A DNA stretch of 32,000 bases from Alkanindiges illinoisensis DSM 15370 (GCF_000619845.1 NZ_JHUX01000004.1:240001-272000), one strand, 5' to 3'; shown: positions 11,579-21,025, counted from the first letter of the stretch. Program-made: numbers and translations. Notes: generated from the sequence alone by a model not told the origin.

Positions 11579-12286
11579 ATGATGTTATGGCATGCAAAAA
11601 CAAGATTGGCGGTGACTGTTTGCAGTATAGCCAGTGCTTTATTAGGCGGCTGTGCCACCTCGACACTAATCCATAAAGGTGATCAGGTTTATACTCAAAC
11701 CACCAAGATTACCCTGGTTGAAGACACGGTTGTTGCATTTGGTAGACCTGCACAAACTGTGGCCAGTTTGCCCAGTGACAGTCTGGTCATTGCCGGGCAA
11801 AAAAATAGCTATGTGCTCACGCAAGGAGGCACTCAGTTCGTCACATTAATTAATAAGCTCGACCCCGCCAATATTCAGATTACGCAAGCCTTAAGTTTTT
11901 ATTCTGAAAAAAATGACGGCCATTTTTCAGGCAAGTTACCGCTCACATACGTAAAGCTGCAAGAAGATATCAGCAAGAAAGACCTTGAGTTTTTTATTGC
12001 CAATGGTGCAGAAGAATGCTCAACATCCAGTGACAAGCGCATGAATGCACAACGTTTTTGTTTTAACATCAATCTGGCTGGGGTGGTATATCCAGTCGCC
12101 AGTAACCTGAGCGCACTTAAACCATTAAGTAAACCCTATCAAGTCAGCATTTATACCCGTAAAGAACAAAGCTACAAAACCAAGTCAAGCTTAAACCCAT
12201 TTGAAAAACTGGTACTTTTGCCATTTGCCGTGGCCATTGATGTGGTTGCGTTACCGTTTGTGGTCGCTGAAAAGATTTTTGATTGA
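11579..12286 (+). CDS. Hypothetical lipoprotein with a C-terminal hydrophobic helix
   Basis: Lipobox SALLGGC after a signal-like N-terminus. RBS GGAAG lies upstream of the ATG. The C-terminus is LVLLPFAVAIDVVALPFVVAEKIFD. No family recognised. Confidence 0.55.
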   Translation: MMLWHAKTRLAVTVCSIASALLGGCATSTLIHKGDQVYTQTTKITLVEDTVVAFGRPAQTVASLPSDSLVIAGQKNSYVLTQGGTQFVTLINKLDPANIQITQALSFYSEKNDGHFSGKLPLTYVKLQEDISKKDLEFFIANGAEECSTSSDKRMNAQRFCFNINLAGVVYPVASNLSALKPLSKPYQVSIYTRKEQSYKTKSSLNPFEKLVLLPFAVAIDVVALPFVVAEKIFD

Positions 12287-12421
12287 TCTAACCCTAAAGA
12301 AACTTATGGCATTTTTTAGTGGTTTTACGCAGGCTTTTATCATAACGCTCACTAAACTTTACTTTAAATTTCTCAGGCCAAGCCTCATCTTTGGTTTATT
12401 CAAAAATATTAGAGAAGTTTT

Positions 12422-13150
12422 ATGCAATCCACGCAACCTATACGCATCGACATCTGGTCAGACGTGGTCTGCCCCTTCTGCTATATCGGCAAAAAACGCC
12501 TTGAAAACGTCGCCCGTGAGGCTGGTATTGACATCGATGTGCATTGGCACAGCTACGAGCTAGACCCTAATGCACCTGCCAGCCACGACAGTTCGAATAC
12601 CGAACGCCTTGCCAAGAAATACGGTAAAACGGTTGCCGAAATGGAACAGTTGCAACGGCAAATGGCCGAGATGGCAGCCGATGAAGGCATTGATTTCCAG
12701 TGGCAAAAAGCGCAATCAGGCAACTCGTTTAATGCGCACCGGATCATTCACCTGGCAGAAAGTCACGGACTAGCTGATGCGGCCAAGGAAGCATTTTTTT
12801 ATGCCTATATGACCGAAGGGTTGCCAATTGGCGAGCGTGATGTGGTGGAACAGGTGGCAGCGCGGATTGGTTTGCCTGCCAATGAAGTCAAAGCCGTGCT
12901 GGATTCCGATCACTTTACCGATGAAGTACGGCAGGATGAACAAATTGCCCAGCAGCAACTGGGTATTCGCGGTGTACCGTTTTTTATTTTTAACCAGCAA
13001 ATTGGTTTGTCCGGTGCTCAGCCACGTGAGGTGTTCCTGCAAGCACTTCAGCAGGCAGCTAACATCAGCGCCAATACTGACGACGAAATGGAAGACAAAG
13101 CAGCACCAATTTGCAATGATGAAGCTTGTGAAATTCCTGACCACAAGTAA
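12422..13150 (+). CDS. DsbA family (FrnE-like) thiol:disulfide oxidoreductase
   Basis: The N-terminal IDIWSDVVCPFCYIGKKRLE carries the CPFC redox motif. A later ...GIRGVPFFIFN... is typical of the DsbA_FrnE family. 242 aa. Confidence 0.8.
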   Translation: MQSTQPIRIDIWSDVVCPFCYIGKKRLENVAREAGIDIDVHWHSYELDPNAPASHDSSNTERLAKKYGKTVAEMEQLQRQMAEMAADEGIDFQWQKAQSGNSFNAHRIIHLAESHGLADAAKEAFFYAYMTEGLPIGERDVVEQVAARIGLPANEVKAVLDSDHFTDEVRQDEQIAQQQLGIRGVPFFIFNQQIGLSGAQPREVFLQALQQAANISANTDDEMEDKAAPICNDEACEIPDHK

Positions 13151-13189
13151 AATTGACGCAGCCAAATTGACATAGCCAAATCAGGCTGC

Positions 13190-13220
13190 AAAAAATCCCC
13201 GTTCAGTGCGGGGATTTTTT
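13190..13220. terminator. Bidirectional rho-independent terminator (DsbA-like gene / HlyD-family gene)
   Basis: Stem AAAAATCCCCG / CGGGGATTTTT with loop TTCAGTG, with A- and T-runs on either side. It sits between convergent genes. Confidence 0.8.
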
Positions 13221-13249
13221 AATTAAGCCTTAAAGCATTTAATGATGGC

Positions 13250-14320
13250 TTATCGCTTGTTTCGCCGATTGTCTTCCTCAATGCGCACAGTCACTGTTCG
13301 CCCAGCCACCAGCATGCTGGCATCGGGAATAGTGTCCAGTGTTACGCGCACCGGCACACGCTGCGCCAGCCGCACCCAGTTAAAGGTGGGATTAATGTTG
13401 GCCAGCATGCTGCTGCTGGACGTGCGCTCGCGGTCTTCAATACCGGCCGCAATGCCCTGCACATGGCCTTTTAGCTCACGGTTATCGCCAATCAGCTGAA
13501 TACTCACCGGGTCACCAATGTGAATGCGGGACAGCTTGGTTTCCTCAAAATAGCCCACCACATAAAACTGTTTGGGATCAAGCAGTGCCGCAATGGGTTG
13601 GCCGGCCGTAATGTAATTGCCGGATTTGAGATCAAAGTTGGACAGGTTGCCATCACTGGGGGCTTTCACCTGTGTACGCGACAAATTCAGCAAGGCCAGA
13701 TCCAGTGCGGCTTGTGCACTCGCTACATCAGCCACCAGGCCTTGTCTGCTGGTGCCCACCGAACTCAGGTTTTGCCGTTCCACTTCAATATTGGCTTGGG
13801 CCTTGGCCAGATTGGCTTGTGCCTCTAGCCGAGCAGCCCGGTAACGATCCTGTTCCTGCCGTGATACGGCATTGGCAGTTTCCAGTTGTTCAATACGGGC
13901 CAGATCACGCCGCGCACGCTCGGCCTCGGCTTGCGCGGCCTGTACGCCAGCCTGTGCCTGATTAATGGTGGCCTGTGCGCTGAGGCGTTGCTGCTGCGAA
14001 TTGGCCAGATTCGCCTGTGCTTTGGCCAGATTGGCCTTGGCCTGCTCTACGGCAATTTCAAAACGGGCCGGGTCCAAGGTAAACAGCACCTGATCCTTTT
14101 TGACCAGCTGGTTGTCCTGCACCAGCACATCTTTCACCAGGCCTGAGACATCGGTTGAAATGCGCATCACATCACCGCGGATGCGACCATCACGCGTCCA
14201 CGGCGCCTGCGTGTAATAGCGCCATAGTGATAGTGCCACTGCTACAGCTACAATGGCAATGATTGCAAAAATGATAATGCGCACAACCTGTTGAGACTTG
14301 ATGTTCAGTGTCGTATTCAT
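13250..14320 (-). CDS. HlyD-family membrane fusion protein, AaeA-like efflux pump subunit
   Basis: APWTRDGRIRGDVMRISTDVSGLVKDVLVQDNQLVKKDQVLFTLD aligns closely with my recollection of the E. coli AaeA N-terminus. C-terminal NWVRLAQRVPVRVTLD also matches. It has a single N-terminal TM helix and a central coiled coil. Confidence 0.88.
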   Translation of the reverse strand: MNTTLNIKSQQVVRIIIFAIIAIVAVAVALSLWRYYTQAPWTRDGRIRGDVMRISTDVSGLVKDVLVQDNQLVKKDQVLFTLDPARFEIAVEQAKANLAKAQANLANSQQQRLSAQATINQAQAGVQAAQAEAERARRDLARIEQLETANAVSRQEQDRYRAARLEAQANLAKAQANIEVERQNLSSVGTSRQGLVADVASAQAALDLALLNLSRTQVKAPSDGNLSNFDLKSGNYITAGQPIAALLDPKQFYVVGYFEETKLSRIHIGDPVSIQLIGDNRELKGHVQGIAAGIEDRERTSSSSMLANINPTFNWVRLAQRVPVRVTLDTIPDASMLVAGRTVTVRIEEDNRRNKR

Positions 14321-14404
14321 GATGCCTCGTCACATAAAACCAGTTAAGCCGTGTTTAGGGAAATCGTATTTAGTTAAACCCTAGCCAGCCAGAAGTAGGC
14401 TGAT

Positions 14405-14611
14405 TTAAAACAGCAGGTGGCAAATCCACACAATAAGCCCAAGTACAATAATGTACAGGCACACGTTAAAAATTGTTGGCAGCGCCATCCAGCGGCCCAA
14501 CTGCCATTTGTCCAGCAATCGGATCAAGCCGCTATACAGCACATAAGCCAGCAAGGCCTGAATCAGGATTAAGGGAATATAAATCCCGTAAAAATTAACC
14601 TCGCCAGCCAT
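14405..14611 (-). CDS. DUF1656 small membrane protein (AaeX-like)
   Basis: A 68-aa protein with two hydrophobic helices, located between the FUSC and HlyD genes as in aae/fusaric-acid-type operons. Its ATG at 14611 overlaps the FUSC stop by 17 nt (tATGGCTGGCGAGGTTAA). Confidence 0.7.
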   Translation of the reverse strand: MAGEVNFYGIYIPLILIQALLAYVLYSGLIRLLDKWQLGRWMALPTIFNVCLYIIVLGLIVWICHLLF

Positions 14612-16703
14612 ATGTTTCTCCTAAAGCCGGAATCGGTTCACTGGGCACCACATAATACCCGGCATGCTGGAACAGGCTACGCCGCACCCCGGTTAAAGCC
14701 ACCAGCACCTGATCACGCAACATGCTGCTGGGCTGCAACAGGACCTGAGAAATGAGCTGGTCAATTTGCATAAGGAGTTGTGCCGTATCAAAGTCCTGAT
14801 TGCTCAGGCGCGCGTCGTACCAGTTCCAGATTTGTTGCAACAACTGGCTCACCTGCTGGCTACAGGGTTCAGGAAGCCGATCCAGCGTGCGTTTGAGCCG
14901 GATGATATTGGTTGCCCCAGCCAGCTCCACAATGGACTGGCTAATATCCGCCTGAATTGCCGGTGCCCGCAAAACCCGGGGTGCCATCAGGCCAATCCGG
15001 TCCAGCAGGCGACGCATATAATAGGCCCATGGGTGCACCACCGGCTTTTCAATAATCTGCTGCACATCGCGCCATTGTAGTCGTACCAGCCGCTGCACGC
15101 TAAGTTCAGGCGTGGTGCTGCGAATCAGTGCCAGGGTAAAACTGGGTATTAAAATCCCAAGCACAATAGCCAGGCTGTTATCAATATAAGCCCCAAATAC
15201 TGGCTCATTCAGGTTGCGGATATTCAGACCCATAGCGGTATTAATCAAAATCGGCAAGGCAAACCCGGTTAAGGCCGGATAAGGCAACATGCTGGTAAAA
15301 ATCAGGAAAAACGGGAACAGCACCAGCATCAGGGTAAAAAAATCATGCACTACCGGGAAAATGGCAAACTGATAAATAAATACGACCAGCGCCGAGTAAA
15401 TACTGGCCAGCCGAAATGACGCCAGTGCAGGCACTGGATTATCCAGAAAGGTCAGAATGCAAGCACACACGGCGGTGATTTGCGCTGCCATAAAGCCATA
15501 CTGCCAGCCACTCATGTGCCATAAAAAACACACAATACCAATGGCCAGAAACGCTGATACTGCGCCACGCAGTGCCACGCCATGATCCCGATGCAGGCCT
15601 CTGTATAAGCCGCGATGCAAGCGCTGATCAGATAATCCATTTTGCTCAATAAAATCCGGCAGGCGCTGCCCGGTTTTAACACACTGCCAGATTAGCCGCA
15701 GGGTCTGGAAGTGCTGGATAAAAAAGATAAATGCCTCACGCGCGCTCATAATCATCAGCTTTTCGCGGGTATCGGCAATCGCCAGCATTTGCTCAAATTT
15801 TTGCAAAATGGATGGCGGAATAAAGCTGAGTTCAGTCTGGTTTTCTGGCGGTGTGCCTGCAATAAACTGCTCGGTTTGCTGTTGCACCTGCATCAGCAGA
15901 TTATCAAAATTGGGCAATGATTCCTTAAGCGTATGCACACGGTCAGCCAGCGCTACCAGTGCAGGAACCAGCAATATCATTTGATGCTGCAATGCCTGCA
16001 CGCTACGGGTTTGCCGTCGCAATGCACTGTTTTCATAAGACAGGTGAATGGCCAGCGCATGAATCTCAGTGCTATCTGCGGCAAAGCGCTGCGCTTCTTT
16101 CACAATAGTTTCCGGGCTGCTGTGTCCAGCCAGGCAATCCTTGAAATTGCTTTCAATGTCGCTAAACCATTTATCAATGCGGCCCGACAGCACCCCGGCA
16201 ATATTCACTGGAAAAAACACCCGCGAAATCACGGTGGCACATAAAATGCCCAGCGTAATTTCCTCAAAGCGCGACAGTGAAATATCAAACAAATGGGTAG
16301 GATCGGCCACTGCACTAAAGCCAATCATGGCCATGGTATAACCGGCCAGCATAAAAAAATAGCTACGCGGTGTGCGATCTAGTAATGACACATACAGGCA
16401 AAAGCCAACCCACAGCGCAATGATCAGGCTAAATGGTAGCGGACTGTTAATAAATGGCGGTAGCACCAGAATGGACAGGCAAGCCCCGGCCAGTGTACCC
16501 AGCATGCGATACACGGCTTTGGACGACAGCACACCTGCCAGCGGATTGGCCACAATAAATACCGTCCCCATGGCCCACATTGGATTTTGCAGGTTTAGGG
16601 AAATGGCAATAAACAGCGCCAGCATGGCAGCCAAAAAGGTTTTAATGGCAAAAACAAGATCGTTGTTGCTTGGCCTAAAGGCCAGTAACGTCTGGAGTAA
16701 CAT
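14595..16703 (-). CDS. FUSC family (fusaric acid resistance / AaeB-like) inner membrane efflux protein
   Basis: At 702 aa it has two blocks of multiple TM helices separated by a large soluble region, the FUSC architecture. It is in an operon with DUF1656 and HlyD genes. Confidence 0.85.
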   Translation of the reverse strand: MLLQTLLAFRPSNNDLVFAIKTFLAAMLALFIAISLNLQNPMWAMGTVFIVANPLAGVLSSKAVYRMLGTLAGACLSILVLPPFINSPLPFSLIIALWVGFCLYVSLLDRTPRSYFFMLAGYTMAMIGFSAVADPTHLFDISLSRFEEITLGILCATVISRVFFPVNIAGVLSGRIDKWFSDIESNFKDCLAGHSSPETIVKEAQRFAADSTEIHALAIHLSYENSALRRQTRSVQALQHQMILLVPALVALADRVHTLKESLPNFDNLLMQVQQQTEQFIAGTPPENQTELSFIPPSILQKFEQMLAIADTREKLMIMSAREAFIFFIQHFQTLRLIWQCVKTGQRLPDFIEQNGLSDQRLHRGLYRGLHRDHGVALRGAVSAFLAIGIVCFLWHMSGWQYGFMAAQITAVCACILTFLDNPVPALASFRLASIYSALVVFIYQFAIFPVVHDFFTLMLVLFPFFLIFTSMLPYPALTGFALPILINTAMGLNIRNLNEPVFGAYIDNSLAIVLGILIPSFTLALIRSTTPELSVQRLVRLQWRDVQQIIEKPVVHPWAYYMRRLLDRIGLMAPRVLRAPAIQADISQSIVELAGATNIIRLKRTLDRLPEPCSQQVSQLLQQIWNWYDARLSNQDFDTAQLLMQIDQLISQVLLQPSSMLRDQVLVALTGVRRSLFQHAGYYVVPSEPIPALGETYGWRG

Positions 16704-17010
16704 GCTTTATGGCTCTATGATTAACACAGCGGTCAACCATTGAATTAAAACAGAATCTAGGAAAACAACCAGAGAATTTGTGTTGAAAATTAAAACTTAA
16801 GGCAGTCTTAAGAAAGCTATTTTATTACTTTTTCTTAAAATTTGGTAGTCAAAATTAAATTTTACTAACTTTAGAAAAAAGCAATCGTTTTCTTGCCATA
16901 ACGCCGTAACAATTTTGTTTTCTTATTCATTGTTATTTAACAAAAAAATAATAACAAAAAAATGCCTGCTGCCCTACTTTTAACCCATCAATTAAAATGT
17001 TTTTGAAAAA

Positions 17011-18318
17011 ATGAAAATTTATTTTTTGGGTGTAAGTACCATCATTGGTTTGGGTCTATTTGCCAGTCTGCCTGCACTGGCAGCAACAGGAAATACTGTA
17101 CCAAGCACAGCTGTGCACCCTACAGCCAAGTCACATAAGGCGCTGACAGCCAAGGTAAAGTCCAAAAAAACTTCTGCTGGCAATACACGCAAAGTAGCTT
17201 CCGCACAAAAAGCAAAGCGCAAACCCCGTCCCAAAGTGGTTCAGCCTGCTGCATTCAATAGCCAGCCAGTTCTTGAACCTGTTCCCGCTGAACAGCCCAG
17301 TACTAGCCCTGATGCCAGCAACAAGCCGGAATTCATGTTAAGTGTGATTCCTGAAACCATTGATGCCATGCCAACCATTTTGCCTGCGGAATCACAGGAT
17401 AAAATCGTTGCCTCACAGGAAGAAACCAAGGATAAAACCTGGGCAGACAAGCGGCATGAGCGCTTCCGGCAGTATTTGCAACGGCAGGCCCATAAGATGG
17501 ATGACTGGTTTGGTGAGCCTGATCCGGAAAAACCGGCACGCGCCAGTATCCGGGTGATGGCAGATACCACCTGGAATGAATATGATGATATTGAAGTCAA
17601 GCCCCGGATACGCGGCAAGATCAAGCTGCCGACCCTGGAAAAACGCCTGAGTCTGGTGTTTGGTGATGACAGTCTGGACGATGAATTACGTGGCAACGTG
17701 GCCATTACTAATCCCAATGCAGCGGCTGAGCCTAAAAAAACGCTGGATCAGGACGCAACTAAACGGGAAAATAATTCGGTTGCCGTGCGCTTTAGTGACT
17801 GGATGAAAACCGATTTATTCGATACCGACTTTGACGTGGGGTTGCGTGATGGCGCAGAAGACGTCTATGGCCGGATCAAAATTTCACGGGACTGGACGCT
17901 ACCGGATAACTTCACCACCCGTGCCGAGCAGGTCTACCGCTATGGCTCCAATAGCCAGAACTATGCACGCACCAACCTTGAAATCCGTCATCATCGCGAT
18001 GGCGAACCATTTATTGCCGATCAGGCCAGCATTACCTATGCCGATGAGGACAAGGATGTGGGCGTGCGCTGGGAAAACCGCCTGTTTCGCCAGCACAGTT
18101 TTTTCCACGACAACACCTTTAGTTATGGCCTGTATACCGGTGGCCGTGCCAAGGACAAGGATTTTCACTTAAACGGCTACGGTCCGTTTGTATCATGGCG
18201 CCAGCCGTTTTTACGTGAATGGTTTTATTTACAGACCGACGTAAACTACTACAATGACGAGGATCTGAATCGCGACCATTACCTGTCCACCTTCCTGCGG
18301 CTGGAAGCGGTGTTTTAA
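17011..18318 (+). CDS. Secreted protein, probable outer-membrane beta-barrel with a Lys/Ala/Pro-rich N-terminal extension (hypothetical)
   Basis: The signal peptide is MKIYFLGVSTIIGLGLFASLPALA. The C-terminal half alternates hydrophobic and aromatic residues and ends ...FLRLEAVF, an OMP-type terminal Phe. No family recognised. Confidence 0.55.
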   Translation: MKIYFLGVSTIIGLGLFASLPALAATGNTVPSTAVHPTAKSHKALTAKVKSKKTSAGNTRKVASAQKAKRKPRPKVVQPAAFNSQPVLEPVPAEQPSTSPDASNKPEFMLSVIPETIDAMPTILPAESQDKIVASQEETKDKTWADKRHERFRQYLQRQAHKMDDWFGEPDPEKPARASIRVMADTTWNEYDDIEVKPRIRGKIKLPTLEKRLSLVFGDDSLDDELRGNVAITNPNAAAEPKKTLDQDATKRENNSVAVRFSDWMKTDLFDTDFDVGLRDGAEDVYGRIKISRDWTLPDNFTTRAEQVYRYGSNSQNYARTNLEIRHHRDGEPFIADQASITYADEDKDVGVRWENRLFRQHSFFHDNTFSYGLYTGGRAKDKDFHLNGYGPFVSWRQPFLREWFYLQTDVNYYNDEDLNRDHYLSTFLRLEAVF

Positions 18319-18360
18319 GTCTTTTTTATCCTGTATGTTTCAGCTTATGATTTGATCAGG

Positions 18361-18891
18361 CTATGATTTAATTAAACTATAAATAGCCTGATCAATATAC
18401 TCTCCGTGTAATTTTTCATTTGCCTTTAATATGCCTTCCAGTTGAAAGCCAAGTTTTTCTGGAATCTTCCGGCTTTTGTGATTATTAACTGCACAACGAA
18501 TAACAACGCGCTGAATCGCATAGGTTTTAAAAGCCTGCGCAATGAGCACCGGCAAACTTTGCTGAATTAGCCCTTTGCCCTGATATTGCTCACCGAGCCA
18601 GTAGCCCACACTGGCGCTGTCATTACTACGGTTAAATTCATGGAAGCCAATGATACCTGCCAGTTTTTCCTGATAAAAAATGGCACACTGAAAGCCATTG
18701 CCACTGGCCCACTGTTGTTTGGTGGACTGGATAAATTTTTCGGTGTCTTCAATACGTTGAATAAAACCAACCCACGGTAGCCAGCGCGCTAAAAACTCCC
18801 GATTTTTGCTGGTCAATTCAAATAAGGCCGCTGCATGTGGCAGGTCCAATAGCTCTAGTGCCAATGAAGGGCTAATCTGTATTCTAAACAT
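18361..18891 (-). CDS. GNAT family N-acetyltransferase (RimJ/RimL-like)
   Basis: VGYWLGEQYQGKGL and KSRKIPEKLGFQLEG are typical of Acetyltransf_3/RimJ-like proteins. 176 aa. Confidence 0.75.
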   Translation of the reverse strand: MFRIQISPSLALELLDLPHAAALFELTSKNREFLARWLPWVGFIQRIEDTEKFIQSTKQQWASGNGFQCAIFYQEKLAGIIGFHEFNRSNDSASVGYWLGEQYQGKGLIQQSLPVLIAQAFKTYAIQRVVIRCAVNNHKSRKIPEKLGFQLEGILKANEKLHGEYIDQAIYSLIKS

Positions 18892-18958
18892 GGCTATTTT
18901 TCTTTAATAAGTTTGATTTTTAATAATCAGCATAGCAGTTTTTAGTTATTTTTATGCG

Positions 18959-18988
18959 CAAAAAAGGGAGCACCAGGCTCCCTTTTTA
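18959..18988. terminator. Rho-independent terminator downstream of htpG (bidirectional form)
   Basis: Stem GGGAGC / GCTCCC (18966-18971 / 18977-18982) with a 5-nt loop, flanked by an A-run and a T-run. Confidence 0.75.
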
Positions 18989-19013
18989 CAGCTTCAGGTT
19001 AATTGCTAAACCC

Positions 19014-20987
19014 TTAACCCAACAGCAGGTTATTAATGCGTTTTAAATAGGCTGCTGGATCTTCTGGGACACCACCTTCAGCCAGTAGCGCCTGATCAAA
19101 AATCACATTGGCCAGATCATCAAACTGTGCTGAACTCTCCAGACGTTTCACCAGTGGATGCTCCGGATTGATTTCCAGGATAGGCTTGGTTTCCGGTACA
19201 GGCTGGCCAGCCTGTTTCAGCATACGTACCAGTTGTGGCGACAAGTCCTGATCACCCACCACCAAACAGGCTGGGCTATCCACCAGACGTGTGGTGACGC
19301 GCACTTCCTTGGCTTTGTCTTTTAAGCTATCGGTAAGCTTGTCCAGCGTGGGCTTAAGGGTTTCAGCCGCAGTTTCAGCGGCTTTTTTCTCTTCCTCGTC
19401 CTGCAACTTGCCCAGGTCAACCGCACCTTTGGCCACGCTTTGCAGTGGAGTGCCATCAAAGTCAGTCAGGAAGTTGAGTGCCCACTCGTCCACACGGTCG
19501 GTCATCAGCAGCACTTCAATGCCTTTTTTCTTGAACAGTTCCAGTTGTGGGCTGTTCTTTGCCGCCGCCAGACTTTCAGCGGTCAGGTAATAAATAGCAT
19601 CCTGGCCGTCTTTCATGTTGGCCTTGTAATCGGCAAGCGAAACGGTCACGTCATCAGTGTTGGTAGAGGCAAAACGCAGCAGCTTGGCAATTTTGTCCTT
19701 GTTGCCAAAATCTTCGCCCAGACCTTCTTTCAGCACGGCGCCAAACTCTTTATAGAAGGTGGCAAATTTGTCCTGCTGTTCTTTGTCCTCGCTCTTGGCC
19801 AGGCTATCCAGCAGGCTCAGCACACGGCGCGCATTGCCTTCACGAATGGTGCGCACATCCTTGCTTTCCTGTAACAGCTCACGGCTTACATTCAGCGGCA
19901 GATCAGCGCTGTCAATAATACCTTTCACAAAGCGCAGGTAGGATGGCATCAGGTTTTCTGCTTCATCCATAATGAACACGCGCTTCACATATAGCTTGAT
20001 GCCGGATTTTTGCTCGCGGGTAAACAGGTCATGCGGTGCCTTGGCTGGAATATACAAGAGCTGGGTGTATTCAGTGCTGCCTTCAACCCGGTTATGGCTC
20101 CAGGCCAGCGGCGCCTCAAAGTCATGGCTAAACTGTTTGTAAAACTCGGTGTACTGCTCGTCTGAAATATCTTTTTTGTTGCGGGTCCACAGCGCACTGG
20201 CCGAATTAATGGTTTCCCATTCATCGGTCAGTACCATTTTGCCTTCTGCATTTTCAGCATCGGCATCTGCACCTTCTTCCGCTTCCTGCCAAACTTCCTT
20301 TCTCATCTGGATCGGCAGGCTGATGTGGTCGGAGTACTTGTTAACGATTTGCTTGACCTTCCACGCTTCCAGATACTCTACGGCATCGTCACGCAGGTGC
20401 AGGATAATATCGGTGCCACGGCTTTCCTTGGTGATTTGCTCAACATCAAAATCGCCTGTGCCGCCGCTAATCCAGCGCACGCCATTGCTGGCTGGCTCAC
20501 CAGCCTTGCGCGATTCCACGGTAATCTTGTCGGCCACAATAAAGCCGGAATAAAAACCCACGCCAAACTGGCCAATCAGCTGGGCATCGTTTTTCTGGTC
20601 GCCGGTCAGCTTGGACATAAAATCCTTGGTGCCGGATTTGGCAATCGTACCCAGGTTATCAATCGCCTCGCTTTCAGTCAGGCCAATGCCGTTATCGCTG
20701 ATGGTAATGGTTTTATTGTCTTTATCCAGACTAATGCGCACATGCAAATCCGGATCATTTTCATACAGTGCGCCATTATTAATCCCTTCAAAACGCAGCT
20801 TGTCGCAGGCATCCGAGGCATTGGAAATTAGTTCACGTAGGAAAATTTCCGGATTGGAATATAACGAGTGCGTGACCAAATGCAGTAACTGGGCAACTTC
20901 AGCCTGAAAGCTATAACTTTTGGCCTGTGCGTTGCCGGTCTGCGAGTTATTTTGGTTTTCTGCTTGGTTTTCGGTAGATTCGCTCAT
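19014..20987 (-). CDS. htpG: Molecular chaperone HtpG (Hsp90)
   Basis: Has the Hsp90 N-terminal ATPase signature [27 protein letters not shown]. The start is set at the ATG at 20987 (MSESTEN...), preceded by AGGAG (acAGGAGttaacaATG). The 22-codon upstream extension of the track ORF contains the promoter. Confidence 0.95.
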   Translation of the reverse strand: MSESTENQAENQNNSQTGNAQAKSYSFQAEVAQLLHLVTHSLYSNPEIFLRELISNASDACDKLRFEGINNGALYENDPDLHVRISLDKDNKTITISDNGIGLTESEAIDNLGTIAKSGTKDFMSKLTGDQKNDAQLIGQFGVGFYSGFIVADKITVESRKAGEPASNGVRWISGGTGDFDVEQITKESRGTDIILHLRDDAVEYLEAWKVKQIVNKYSDHISLPIQMRKEVWQEAEEGADADAENAEGKMVLTDEWETINSASALWTRNKKDISDEQYTEFYKQFSHDFEAPLAWSHNRVEGSTEYTQLLYIPAKAPHDLFTREQKSGIKLYVKRVFIMDEAENLMPSYLRFVKGIIDSADLPLNVSRELLQESKDVRTIREGNARRVLSLLDSLAKSEDKEQQDKFATFYKEFGAVLKEGLGEDFGNKDKIAKLLRFASTNTDDVTVSLADYKANMKDGQDAIYYLTAESLAAAKNSPQLELFKKKGIEVLLMTDRVDEWALNFLTDFDGTPLQSVAKGAVDLGKLQDEEEKKAAETAAETLKPTLDKLTDSLKDKAKEVRVTTRLVDSPACLVVGDQDLSPQLVRMLKQAGQPVPETKPILEINPEHPLVKRLESSAQFDDLANVIFDQALLAEGGVPEDPAAYLKRINNLLLG

Positions 20988-21025
20988 TGTTAACTCCTGT
21001 TTAACCCAAAATGGTTTGTCAAACG

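Noticed and set aside
12201-12563. A 120-aa ORF bridging the end of the lipoprotein gene and the start of the DsbA-like gene.
   Set aside because: It overlaps two better-supported genes in other frames, has no RBS and no recognisable features.
10033-13220. The two near-identical AAAAATCCCCG...CGGGGATTTTT hairpins as terminal repeats of a mobile element.
   Set aside because: They are in direct orientation, and each is a textbook intrinsic terminator at a gene end. No transposase, integrase or target-site duplication is visible. I kept them only as a minor note within the low-GC module finding.
13780-14050. Repeated DNA (TTGGCCAGATTGGC...) encoding ANLAKAQAN twice in the HlyD-family protein. 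It could be taken for a tandem repeat or recombination scar.
   Set aside because: The repeats are in frame within the predicted coiled-coil hairpin of a membrane fusion protein, where heptad-like Ala/Gln/Asn/Leu repeats are normal.
13242-14146. Five plus-strand ORFs (75-102 aa) antisense to the HlyD-family gene. Similar shadow ORFs lie opposite uvrC, fadB, FUSC, htpG, the propeller, the receptor and the NhaC gene.
   Set aside because: They lie antisense or out of frame inside long, well-supported genes. They lack RBSs and have unnatural compositions (Arg/Cys/Pro/Ser-rich). These are typical shadow ORFs.
17011-18318. The divergent 435-aa secreted protein as the missing outer-membrane factor of the FUSC/HlyD pump.
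   Set aside because: It has no lipobox and no TolC/OprM-like long alpha-helical repeats. The sequence looks like an ordinary beta-barrel with a terminal Phe. Linkage alone is insufficient.
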